Source of the DNA: an uncultured Gammaproteobacteria bacterium
GTDB taxonomy: Bacteria > Pseudomonadota > Gammaproteobacteria > Pseudomonadales > Halieaceae
Direction of reading: 5' to 3'
Assembly: GCA_963704965.1 (NCBI GenBank)
Contig: CAVPIH010000018.1
Location: 57,684 to 121,683 of the forward strand
DNA: 64,000 bases
This document shows positions 46,178 to 54,723 of this stretch, piece after piece. Each line of letters opens with the position of its first letter. The stretch's first letter is position 1. Below the pieces are notes generated by a model. The model saw nothing but the letters and a program-made list of their open reading frames with translations, was not told the origin of the DNA and did no database searches. The translations under genes and the position numbers were made by a program.

Positions 46178-48622
46178 TCAGGTGCCAGCGCAATCCACCG
46201 GGTCCATGGCATTGATCCACTCCTCGATCAACTGCACGCCCTCGGTATGGATGACGCTGCGCCCGATCTCCGGCATGCGCACCGCCGGTTCGTTGGACTC
46301 CATGCGGAAATCCAGGATGGACGCCTCTGAGTCGCCGGGCACGATGTCGTAGTCCAGGTCGCCGGCGCCGTCACCGGCAGCGACCGGCGTCTTGCACTCG
46401 CCGACGTCGTAACCGAAGGGGCGGAAGTACTCCAGGAACAACCCCGAGGTGTCGGCGGCCCCGCCGGGTTCGTGGCAATGGGCGCAGTTGACATCGAGGT
46501 AGCCCCGCGCGCGGTCATCGAGGTCGGCAGCCGTATCGCCCCACAGGGGGATGGTATCGATTGAGCTCTTGTCCCCGGGCGCGCCGATCAGGATGCCCTG
46601 GTCGGTCCAGTAATCCAACTGATTGGCAGTGCCGCCGGCGTAGGCAAAGTCCTTGTTCAGGTGGCGTGCCTTGGGCCCTATGGGCAGCAAGGTGTCCTCA
46701 CCGTGGCAGTTGGCGCAGTTATTGGTGTTGGGTATCACATAGTCGGTAGCCTGCTGCACGCCATTGACGTCGATCCAGCTTACCGCCTGGGTTCCCCCTA
46801 TCCTCGTCAGCACCGCGTCCGTCTTGCCCTGGTTCCAGATGTAGGGCAGGGCCACCCAGCCTTCCTTGCGGTGGACCAGCAGGCGCGTCTCGATAAGCTC
46901 CTCGGCGCTGTCGTCATCCCGCAGATCGGCCTGGATGGTAAACGTCTTGGCGATAATGGTGCCCACCGGGAAGTCGAATACTTCCCGGGAGCGGTAGGCC
47001 GCCTGCACACCCTCGGGCACGAACACGAAGCGGTGCTTGTTGGCGTAGTCAGTGAACAGCGGCGTGTTGAGGTCGTAGATGATGCCGCCGTTGGCTTCGC
47101 CCATGGGGTTGGTGGGGTCGGCGAACAGCCGGTAGTCAGATAACTGTGGGCAGTCCGCGACATAGGCCCCGGTGTTCAGGCCGTCACCCTCGGCGCCGCA
47201 CAGTGCCTCTGTATCCACCGGGTTGTCACCGCCGCCACCCGGCTCTACCGGCGGTTCCAGTTCTATGGCCGGCAGGGAGGCGTGGCGACAATTAAAGTAG
47301 TCGGGATCGGTGGAAATACCCGGGTCGTAAGCGAGACCGCCGGTGACCACCGAAATATTGAAGCGTCCCATACTGGTCTCGGGCCCGTTGTCGACGATGC
47401 AGATCGCCTGGCTTTCGCTGAGCCCGTCGGGAAACTCCAGCAACAAACCGGCGTCGGTGCCAACGCCGGAGCTGTCGTAGAAATTGGCGGTGGGCTCGCC
47501 CAGCACCAGGCCGATCAGGGCCGCGTCGGCCTGCTGGTCATAGGAGTTGTTGCTCATCTCGTTGTCGTGAACGTAGATTTTTTCCGGCACGGGATCGTAA
47601 GTCGGTTTGCTGATACCCAGGTCGACCGCGTAGTAGCTGACGATCAGCACCGCCGAGGACTGGTTGCCGGTGATGGTGTTGCCAAAGACCTCGATATCGT
47701 CATTGGCCATGATCATCAAGCCGGTGCCGGTGGGCACAGTGCCGACGATGTTGCCCGCGGGGGCGAAGTTGGGTTCGTTGTTATCGATGATCTCGTTGTT
47801 GAAGACACGGGTGGCCTCGCCGCCCTGTACGGGGGGCCCCGGCAGGTCGAACACCAGGATGCCGCCGGTATTACCGGTGGTCAGGTTGTCGTAGACGTCG
47901 GCGAACTTGGAGTTCTCGATCTCGATGCCGGCGACGTTTTCATAGACATAGTTGCGGCGCACGATGATGACCTCGGACTGGCCCACGTAGACACCGGCAT
48001 CGCTGGCGCCGCGCACCTCGCAGTCCTCGATCAGCACGTTGCGGGTCTGTACCGGGTACAGGCCGTAGGCGCCGTTGTTTTCGTCCGGGCCATTGGTCCA
48101 CTCCACCCGGACGCGGCGTATGGTCACGCCGTTGGAACCCTCGACCTTGATCGAGTCTCCAGGGGTGTTCTCGATGGCGATATCCTCGATGACGAAGTTG
48201 TTGCCGGTGGCGAATACACCCTGGGCGCCGCTGGCCTGGTTGTCGAAGCGCAGCACGGTACCGCTGTCGTTGTCCATGCCGGTACCGCGGATGACCACGT
48301 TGTCCACGCTGACGCTCAACTCGCCGGTGAAGTCGTAGACCCCGGCGGGAAACTGCACCACGGTTTTCGGTTGCGCGGTAATCAGCGCTTCCAGCGCCCG
48401 GCTTTCCAGGTCGTCACCCGCTGCCAACTCCACCAGGGTATAGTCCGGGTAGTCTGGATCCACCGGCACTTCCGGTACTTCCGGCACCTCGGGTTGCTGG
48501 TCGTTGTTATTGTTATTGCCGTCGCTGCAGCCAGCCACCAGGGCCAGCAGCAGGGGCAGCAGGAACAGGGCAGCCAGGCCCCGTCCGGAACCAGAGGTCA
48601 GTTGGTCTCGCATAGTAGTCAC
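46178..48622 (-). CDS. Lipoprotein fusing a right-handed parallel beta-helix domain to a C-terminal diheme c-type cytochrome domain
   Basis: 814-aa ORF with lipobox LALVAG|C. An N5 and PEVPEVPEVP linker follows. Beta-helix repeats run through about aa 85-360 (for example NNFVIEDIAIEN, NVLIEDCEVRG, NYVYENVAGIEIENS). Two CxxCH sites are present: CANCH at 46703-46717 and CAHCH at 46472-46486. Confidence 0.75.
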   Translation of the reverse strand: MTTMRDQLTSGSGRGLAALFLLPLLLALVAGCSDGNNNNNDQQPEVPEVPEVPVDPDYPDYTLVELAAGDDLESRALEALITAQPKTVVQFPAGVYDFTGELSVSVDNVVIRGTGMDNDSGTVLRFDNQASGAQGVFATGNNFVIEDIAIENTPGDSIKVEGSNGVTIRRVRVEWTNGPDENNGAYGLYPVQTRNVLIEDCEVRGASDAGVYVGQSEVIIVRRNYVYENVAGIEIENSKFADVYDNLTTGNTGGILVFDLPGPPVQGGEATRVFNNEIIDNNEPNFAPAGNIVGTVPTGTGLMIMANDDIEVFGNTITGNQSSAVLIVSYYAVDLGISKPTYDPVPEKIYVHDNEMSNNSYDQQADAALIGLVLGEPTANFYDSSGVGTDAGLLLEFPDGLSESQAICIVDNGPETSMGRFNISVVTGGLAYDPGISTDPDYFNCRHASLPAIELEPPVEPGGGGDNPVDTEALCGAEGDGLNTGAYVADCPQLSDYRLFADPTNPMGEANGGIIYDLNTPLFTDYANKHRFVFVPEGVQAAYRSREVFDFPVGTIIAKTFTIQADLRDDDSAEELIETRLLVHRKEGWVALPYIWNQGKTDAVLTRIGGTQAVSWIDVNGVQQATDYVIPNTNNCANCHGEDTLLPIGPKARHLNKDFAYAGGTANQLDYWTDQGILIGAPGDKSSIDTIPLWGDTAADLDDRARGYLDVNCAHCHEPGGAADTSGLFLEYFRPFGYDVGECKTPVAAGDGAGDLDYDIVPGDSEASILDFRMESNEPAVRMPEIGRSVIHTEGVQLIEEWINAMDPVDCAGT

Positions 48623-48816
48623 CTTGTGCGGAATAAAAGTTGTTCAGGCAGGCGTTGTTCGAGTGCTGTAAAAGCCGCTGAAGTTCACCGGCGGCTGCCG
48701 GTGGAAACGATTGCCGGTTATTGTTGTTATCCAGCGGTCGAGTGTGCGCGAAACCAGTTTGTTAAGCAAATGCGCAGGGCGCCTTGCGCGCCAGCAGCAG
48801 CGGCAGGCCGCCGAAT

Positions 48817-49470
48817 TCAGTCGCCCGCGGGCACCGGGCCTTGCCATCGGCGCAGTTGCTCACCGGCCGTCCCGGCATCCACCAGCGCGGCGGTGTGGGG
48901 GTAGTCGGCGGTCAATACCGCCAGCAACTGGCTGGCTGCGTTGACGAAGGCGGTTTCATCCCCGAAATCGAGATACTCGATGGCCGCGGCGACGGCCGGG
49001 TTGCCGCGCACCGCGCCCGCCAGTACGGTTGCGGGGATGGTGATGGCATCGTCCCCGGGGGTCGCGTCCAGCGACTGCAGCAGGCGCGCAATATTGATTG
49101 CTGCGGCGCTGCGGTCATCGCCATCGGGTACCAGTTCCAGGGGGGTGATCACCGCTTGGCCGCGCACCGGCGAGCCCAGCGCGATGTCGCCCAGGGCAAA
49201 CCGTACCGGCTCGCCGGGCACGTACTCGAACTCCCCGGCGGGTCCGGTGATGCCCTCCACCGTCCCCGAGCTATACGACACCCCCTGGACCGGGGCGTTG
49301 GTGAAGTTGCCGGTGCGGGTGGCGACCACGATCTTGTCCTTGTCCTCGTCCTTGTCATCGTCATCCGAGTCACCCGAACTGAACAGCACCACGCACTGGC
49401 TGGCAACGATGAATGGCAGCGCCGCCAATAACAGCAGCAGGCGGTTTCGGGAACTCAACAATATTCTCAT
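48817..49470 (-). CDS. Hypothetical secreted protein with an acidic linker
   Basis: The ATG at 49470 gives MRILLSSRNRLLLLLAALPFIVASQCVVLFSSG, followed by DSDDDDKDEDKDK. No family recognised. It is on the same strand and upstream of the beta-helix/cytochrome gene. Confidence 0.5.
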   Translation of the reverse strand: MRILLSSRNRLLLLLAALPFIVASQCVVLFSSGDSDDDDKDEDKDKIVVATRTGNFTNAPVQGVSYSSGTVEGITGPAGEFEYVPGEPVRFALGDIALGSPVRGQAVITPLELVPDGDDRSAAAINIARLLQSLDATPGDDAITIPATVLAGAVRGNPAVAAAIEYLDFGDETAFVNAASQLLAVLTADYPHTAALVDAGTAGEQLRRWQGPVPAGD

Positions 49471-49548
49471 GACGCGGGACCACGCGGGTTGCCGGGCAGG
49501 CTCTAAAAATGGCACATCCGCAATGGAAAGGAAAGTCGCCCGGTGCGG

Positions 49549-50505
49549 TCATGCGCCGTAGTCGACAGCCGGCCCGATGGGGACCACACCGGTGGGGTTG
49601 ATGTTGCGGTGCGAGGCGTAGTAGTGCGTCTTGATGTGCTCGAAATCGACCGTGGCAGCCACACCGGGCAGGCGGTAGATATCCCTGACGTAGCGCGGCA
49701 GGGCATCGAAATCCTCCAGTCGCTGGCGGTTGCACTTGAAGTGACCGTGGTAGACCGCGTCGAAGCGGATCAGGGTGGTGAACAGGCGGATGTCGGCCTC
49801 GGTCAGTTGCTCGCCCAGCAGGTAGCGGTGGTGCGCCAGGTGGGCGTCGATGTGGTCCAGTTCGGCGAACACCTCGGTGTAGGCCTCTGCATAGGCCTGC
49901 TGGCTGGTGGCGAAGCCCGCCCGGTACACGCCGTTGTTGACGGCCGGGTAGATGCGTTCGTTCCAGGCGTCGATGTCGGCGCGCAGTGCCTGCGGGTAAT
50001 AGTCCGCGCGGTTGCCGGTGAGGTCGTTGAAGGCGGTATTGAGCATGCGGATGATCTCCGCGGACTCGTTATTGACGATGACGCCCTGTTGTTTGTCCCA
50101 CAGTACCGGCACGGTGACCCGCCCGCTGTAATCCGGCTGGTGGGCGGTATAGACCTGGTGCAGGAAATCGTGTCCGCCCAGCCGGTCGCCGCTGCTGCCC
50201 TCCTGCCGGGCGAAGGTCCAGCCCTGCTCCAGCATCAGCGGGCTGACGACCGACACGTCGATGATGTCGGCCAGGTCCTTGAAGGCGCGCATGATCAGTG
50301 TGCGGTGCGCCCAGGGGCAGGCCAGGGAGACGTACAGGTGGTAGCGTCCGGCCTCGGCGCGGAACCCGCCCTCGCCGCTGGGTCCGGCACTGCCGTCGGC
50401 GGTGACCCAGTTGCGAAACTGTGATTCCTTGCGCACGAAGCGGCCGCCAGAGGATTCGGTGTCGTACCATTGGTCATGCCAGGTACCGTCTATCAGTAAG
50501 CCCAT
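49549..50505 (-). CDS. yqjG: Glutathionyl-hydroquinone reductase (Xi-class GST, YqjG/ECM4 family)
   Basis: 318-aa ORF. It carries the diagnostic YHLYVSLACPWAHRT motif (Cys-Pro-Trp-Ala-His-Arg) and the N-terminus GLLIDGTWHDQWYDT...GRF.R..S.FRNW. Confidence 0.88.
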   Translation of the reverse strand: MGLLIDGTWHDQWYDTESSGGRFVRKESQFRNWVTADGSAGPSGEGGFRAEAGRYHLYVSLACPWAHRTLIMRAFKDLADIIDVSVVSPLMLEQGWTFARQEGSSGDRLGGHDFLHQVYTAHQPDYSGRVTVPVLWDKQQGVIVNNESAEIIRMLNTAFNDLTGNRADYYPQALRADIDAWNERIYPAVNNGVYRAGFATSQQAYAEAYTEVFAELDHIDAHLAHHRYLLGEQLTEADIRLFTTLIRFDAVYHGHFKCNRQRLEDFDALPRYVRDIYRLPGVAATVDFEHIKTHYYASHRNINPTGVVPIGPAVDYGA

Positions 50506-50633
50506 TTTGCTACTCCTTTCCGATCAGTTACATGTCGCGCCGGGGCCACTGGCCATCGGCTTGTTGCTGGGCATAATGAATTCGATCGAGTGGAATTAAA
50601 ATTGCAAATAAACGGCTTAAACTTTCGAAAATA

Positions 50634-51536
50634 TCAGAAGGTTTTCTGGTAGCGCCGGGTTTCCTCCCGCAGTAGTGCCGCCAGGGCGCAGGTTGCCGGT
50701 CCCGCCAGGTCGGGATCGGCGTAGGTCAGGTACACATTGGCTAACCTGCGAGAGCCGCTTGCCAGGGGCAACTCCCTGAGGGAGCCGGCTTGCAACTGTG
50801 CGCCGATGCGGGTGCTCGGCAACCAGGCGAAACCCATGCCGCGAGCGATCATGTCCACAGACGTGGCCACGTGGCTGACGGTCCAGCGCTGTTCGGCCCC
50901 CAACCAGCCGGAGTCGGCGCGCGCACCCAGGGCCGAGTCGCGCACCACGATCTGGCGCTGCCGGGCCAGGTCCTGCAGCGTGGGCGGCCGGCCCAGCTGG
51001 TGCAGGGCGTGCTGCGGATGAGCCACGGCGATGAATTCCACCTCCAGGATCGGCTCGCCCAGAAAGCCCTGGGGCACGCTGCCGGCCACCAGCAGGTCTA
51101 CCTGGCCAGCCAGCAGTTTCTCGGGACCGCCGGACAGCACGGTTTCGGTCAGTTCCACCCGGGTATTGGGATAGGCCTCTGCCAGTCCCTGCAGGGCCCC
51201 GGCCAGGCAGGCATGGGGATAGATTTCATCTACCGCCAGGTAGATCTCCGGTTCGGTGCCCCTGGCAAGGCTGGCGGCGATATTTTCCAGTTGGCCCGCC
51301 TGGTCCAGCAATTGTCCGGCGCGGCGCAGCATCAGTGCCCCCGCATCGGTCAGCTGCGCCTTGCGGCCGACGACCTCCAGCAGCTTGAGCCCCAGCTGGT
51401 CCTCCAGCTTGTGTACCGCGTGGTTGATGGTCGACTGGCTTTTGTGCACGGCCGCCGCCGCCTGGGCGAAACCGCCGTGTTCGACCACGGCCTGCAACAT
51501 GCGCCATTGTTCCAGTGTACTTTTGTGCATGGCCAA
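50634..51536 (-). CDS. LysR-family transcriptional regulator
   Basis: 300-aa ORF. The N-terminal HTH is LEQWRMLQAVVEHGGFAQAAAAVHKSQSTINHAVHKLEDQLGLKLLEVVGRKAQLTDAG. The C-terminal part is a substrate-binding domain. Confidence 0.9.
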   Translation of the reverse strand: MAMHKSTLEQWRMLQAVVEHGGFAQAAAAVHKSQSTINHAVHKLEDQLGLKLLEVVGRKAQLTDAGALMLRRAGQLLDQAGQLENIAASLARGTEPEIYLAVDEIYPHACLAGALQGLAEAYPNTRVELTETVLSGGPEKLLAGQVDLLVAGSVPQGFLGEPILEVEFIAVAHPQHALHQLGRPPTLQDLARQRQIVVRDSALGARADSGWLGAEQRWTVSHVATSVDMIARGMGFAWLPSTRIGAQLQAGSLRELPLASGSRRLANVYLTYADPDLAGPATCALAALLREETRRYQKTF

Positions 51537-51733
51537 CCCTGTAAATTCTAATAAATCGAAAACAACAGGCTTTATAATGCGTTTATTGTTCTAAATATGC
51601 GAGGGCCGTATCGGCCTCAATGGTACTGGAGGTCATCATGCGACAGCGAACAGTCAGGGAAATCCGCCGTGCCCACGCCAGCAGGGACGGTGACGGGGAG
51701 CTTCCTCCGGGACGCAGCGCGCCAATGAAGCTT

Positions 51734-51752
51734 ATGGCATTATAAGTGCCAT
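51734..51752. promoter_or_regulatory. Candidate operator palindrome ATGGCA-N7-TGCCAT (site 4 of 4)
   Basis: The sequence is ATGGCATTATAAGTGCCAT with perfect arms. It lies in the 328-bp region between the LysR gene and the DUF2855-like gene, and ends 113 nt upstream of the ATG at 51865. Confidence 0.5.
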
Positions 51753-51864
51753 TATATTCAGCCGGTGCTACAATTCGGCGGGCTGGTGCCAGCGTCCGGG
51801 GAACAACCGGCGTGGGCGGGGCAGGAAAATGATAGCCGGGCACTGCGCGCGGCGGGAGCAAGCA

Positions 51865-52950
51865 ATGACACAGTGTACGGAATTATGGGTGGACCGTGCC
51901 GACCCTCGCAGGACCCGGGTCGTTACCCGGCCCCTGCCTGTGCCGGGGCAGGGCGAGGTGCTGGTAGCCATCGACAAGTTCGGCCTCACCTCCAACAACG
52001 TCAGCTATGCGGTCACCGGGGACCTGATCGGTTACTGGGGCTTTTACCCCGCCGAGGAACACTGGGGCAAGGTGCCCGTGTGGGGCTGCGCCGAGGTGGT
52101 GGCCTCCGGCTGTGACCAGGTGCCGGTGGGCGAGCGCCTGTGGGGTTTCTTTCCCATGGCCAGCCACGCAATCCTGCAGCCGGGCAAGGTGCGCGAAGAC
52201 CAGTTTGTCGATGTCGCCGCGCACCGCCAGGCGCTGCCCGCCCTGTACAATGGCTACCGCCGCACCCGGGCTGAACCGGCCTTTCTGCAGGACATGGAAG
52301 TGGAACGCTGCCTGTTGTTTCCGCTGCTGGCCACCTCCTGGTTGATCTACGATTTCCTGGTGGACAACGACTTCTTTGGCGCCGGCCAGGTGCTCATCGG
52401 CTCGGTGTCCTCCAAGACCGGTGCGGGCCTGGCGGAGATGTTGCACGCCGACCCCCAGGTCAGCCAGCGCGTTATCGGCCTCACTTCGCCGGGCAATGTG
52501 GCCTATGTGGAGCGGTTGGGCTGCTGCGACGAGGTGGTGGTCTACGGCCAGGAGCAGCGCATCGATGCCGCGGTGCCGGCGGCTTACGTGGATATGTCGG
52601 GTGATGCGCGGCTGACCACGACCTTGCACCAGCTGTTGGGGACCAATATGGTGAACAGCGCCATGGTGGGCGCCACCCACTGGGAGCAGCGCGGCGAGAC
52701 CGGCGACCTGCCCGGCGCCAAACCCACTTTCTTCTTTGCCCCGGCGCAGATCGGCAAGCGCGATGCCCAGTGGGGGCCGGGTGCCGCGATGGCCAAAGCC
52801 ATGGCGGCCAGCGCCCAGGTGGCGCAGAAGTGGCAGGGTGAGTTGGCGGTGGAATGGACCCGCGACGTGGACGGGCTCGCCGCATTGTGGCGGCAGTTGC
52901 TGGACAACGAAATTGCCCCCTCCCGCGGCCTGATGGTCTCGCTGCTGTAA
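51865..52950 (+). CDS. DUF2855-like protein (MDR/zinc-independent dehydrogenase-like fold)
   Basis: The ATG at 51865 gives MTQCTELWVDRADPRRTRVVTRPLPVPGQGEVLVAIDKFGLTSNNVSYAVTGDLIGYWGFYP. This resembles what I recall of the DUF2855 family. VLIGSVSSKTGAGLA is a Rossmann-like segment. Confidence 0.55.
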   Translation: MTQCTELWVDRADPRRTRVVTRPLPVPGQGEVLVAIDKFGLTSNNVSYAVTGDLIGYWGFYPAEEHWGKVPVWGCAEVVASGCDQVPVGERLWGFFPMASHAILQPGKVREDQFVDVAAHRQALPALYNGYRRTRAEPAFLQDMEVERCLLFPLLATSWLIYDFLVDNDFFGAGQVLIGSVSSKTGAGLAEMLHADPQVSQRVIGLTSPGNVAYVERLGCCDEVVVYGQEQRIDAAVPAAYVDMSGDARLTTTLHQLLGTNMVNSAMVGATHWEQRGETGDLPGAKPTFFFAPAQIGKRDAQWGPGAAMAKAMAASAQVAQKWQGELAVEWTRDVDGLAALWRQLLDNEIAPSRGLMVSLL

Positions 52951-53013
52951 CAGCGGGTCCCGGTGCGAGGCGAGCCTGGGTTGCTACCCCTGCACAGAAC
53001 CGCCGAGGTATAA

Positions 53014-54705
53014 ATGAAAAAGCTGATCTCCCTGTTACTCGTGCTGGCCATAGGCGCCGCACTGGCCTGGCACAACCGCGTCAACATCCTGGTGTGGGGC
53101 CTGCCCATTGTCAGTTCCGTGCTGCGCCCGGTGGGGCCGAATGTGCCGGTCAACTGGCCCCAGGGCCCCGCCACCAGCGAGCAGGCACCCGCGCAGCGGC
53201 CGCCCAATATCATCCTGATCCTGGCCGATGACATGGGGTTCAACGATGTGTCGCTGTACAACGGCGGCGCCGCCGACGGCAGCCTGATGACACCCCATAT
53301 CGATGCCATCGCCCGCCAGGGTGTGGTCTTCGAGAACGGCTATGCGGCCAACGCGGTCTGCGCCCCGTCCCGGGCCGCGTTGATGACCGGTCGCTACTCC
53401 ACCCGCTTCGGTTTCGAGTACACACCGTTTTTCAAGATCGGGCCCACCATATTCCAGTGGATGAGCGATCTGGACCCGCCGCCGCTGCCGATATTCATCG
53501 ATCGCGAGGAAGCGGCCCGGATGCCGGAAATCACCGAGCTGGGGATGCCGCCGGGTGAAATAACGGTGGCCGAGGTACTGCAGCAGGCGGGCTATTACAC
53601 CGCCCATATCGGCAAGTGGCACCTGGGCTCGGTGGGCGACATGGTGCCCGAGCGACAGGGCTTTGACGACAGCCTGAATCTCGCCGGCACCCTGTTCCTG
53701 CCGGAGGATGACCCGGACGTGGTGAACGCCAAACGCGAACAGGATTACGTCGACCAGATGGTGTGGGCGACGGCCCGCTACGCGGCGAATTTCAATGGCA
53801 GCGAGCCCTTTGCGCCGGACGGGTACCTGACGGACTACTACACCGACGAAGCCGTCAAGGTGATAGAGGCCAACCGCAACCGGCCCTTCTTCCTCTACCT
53901 GGCGCACTGGGCGGTGCACAATCCGCTGCAGGCGAAGCGCGAGGACTATGACGCCTTCCCGCATATTGCAGACCACACCCTGCGGGTATACGCCGGCATG
54001 ATACGCGCCCTGGACCGCAGCGTGGGGCGGGTACTGCAGGCGCTCGAGGACCACGGCCTGAGTGACAACACCCTGGTGATTTTCACCAGCGACAACGGCG
54101 GCGCGGGCTATATCGGCCTGCCGGATATCAACAGGCCTTATCGCGGCTGGAAACTGAATCACTTCGAGGGCGGCACCCACGTGCCCTTCATGGCGCGCTG
54201 GCCCGCGCGCATCCAGCCCGGCAGCGTGCTGGCGGCGCCGGTGCACCATGTGGATGTATTCCACACCGCGGCCGCCGCCGCCGGGGCCCAGGTGCCCACA
54301 GACCGCAAACTGGACGGGGTCGACCTGCTGCCCTTTGTGACCGGTGAGCGCGATGGCCTGCCCCACGATGGCGTGCCCCACGACACCCTGTTCTGGCGCG
54401 AGGGCTACCAGCAGACGGTGCTGCACGACGGCTGGAAGCTGATCCGCGCCGACCAGCCCGACCAACCACCGGGAACCGGCCAGAAGAAATGGTTGTTCGA
54501 CCTGGGTGCCGATCCCACCGAACAGCACAACCTGGCGGCGCAGTTTCCCGAGCGGGTGGCGGCCCTGGAAGCCCTGTTGGCGGCGCACAACGCCGAGCAG
54601 GCCGAGCCCCTGTGGCCCAGCGTGATCCAGTCGCCCCAGCGTATCGACAAAACCGGTATCGAACCCTATGCGGAAGATGATGAGTATATTTACTGGCCGA
54701 ACTAG
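53014..54705 (+). CDS. Cys-type sulfatase (arylsulfatase family), membrane-anchored or secreted
   Basis: 563-aa ORF. The N-terminal hydrophobic segment is MKKLISLLLVLAIGAALAW. ILADDMGFNDVS and the formylglycine motif CAPSRAALMTGR are present, followed by later GKWHLG and TSDNGG motifs. Confidence 0.9.
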   Translation: MKKLISLLLVLAIGAALAWHNRVNILVWGLPIVSSVLRPVGPNVPVNWPQGPATSEQAPAQRPPNIILILADDMGFNDVSLYNGGAADGSLMTPHIDAIARQGVVFENGYAANAVCAPSRAALMTGRYSTRFGFEYTPFFKIGPTIFQWMSDLDPPPLPIFIDREEAARMPEITELGMPPGEITVAEVLQQAGYYTAHIGKWHLGSVGDMVPERQGFDDSLNLAGTLFLPEDDPDVVNAKREQDYVDQMVWATARYAANFNGSEPFAPDGYLTDYYTDEAVKVIEANRNRPFFLYLAHWAVHNPLQAKREDYDAFPHIADHTLRVYAGMIRALDRSVGRVLQALEDHGLSDNTLVIFTSDNGGAGYIGLPDINRPYRGWKLNHFEGGTHVPFMARWPARIQPGSVLAAPVHHVDVFHTAAAAAGAQVPTDRKLDGVDLLPFVTGERDGLPHDGVPHDTLFWREGYQQTVLHDGWKLIRADQPDQPPGTGQKKWLFDLGADPTEQHNLAAQFPERVAALEALLAAHNAEQAEPLWPSVIQSPQRIDKTGIEPYAEDDEYIYWPN

Positions 54706-54723
54706 CACCGCGGACACCGGCGC

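Noticed and set aside
48460-48530. Short tandem DNA repeats (CTTCCGG[TC]AC units and GTTATT units)
   Set aside because: They lie inside the lipoprotein gene and simply encode its PEVPEVPEVP and poly-Asn linker. They are not a CRISPR, a VNTR regulatory element or a mobile-element terminus.
51638-51745. A 35-codon sORF (MRQRTVREIRRAHASRDGDGELPPGRSAPMKLMAL) with GGAGG 5 nt upstream, whose stop codon lies inside palindrome site 4
   Set aside because: The peptide is Arg-rich with no hydrophobic or known leader-peptide character, and its codon usage is not clearly gene-like. There is no evidence of conservation. The overlap with the palindrome is probably coincidental. Ribosome profiling could revisit this.
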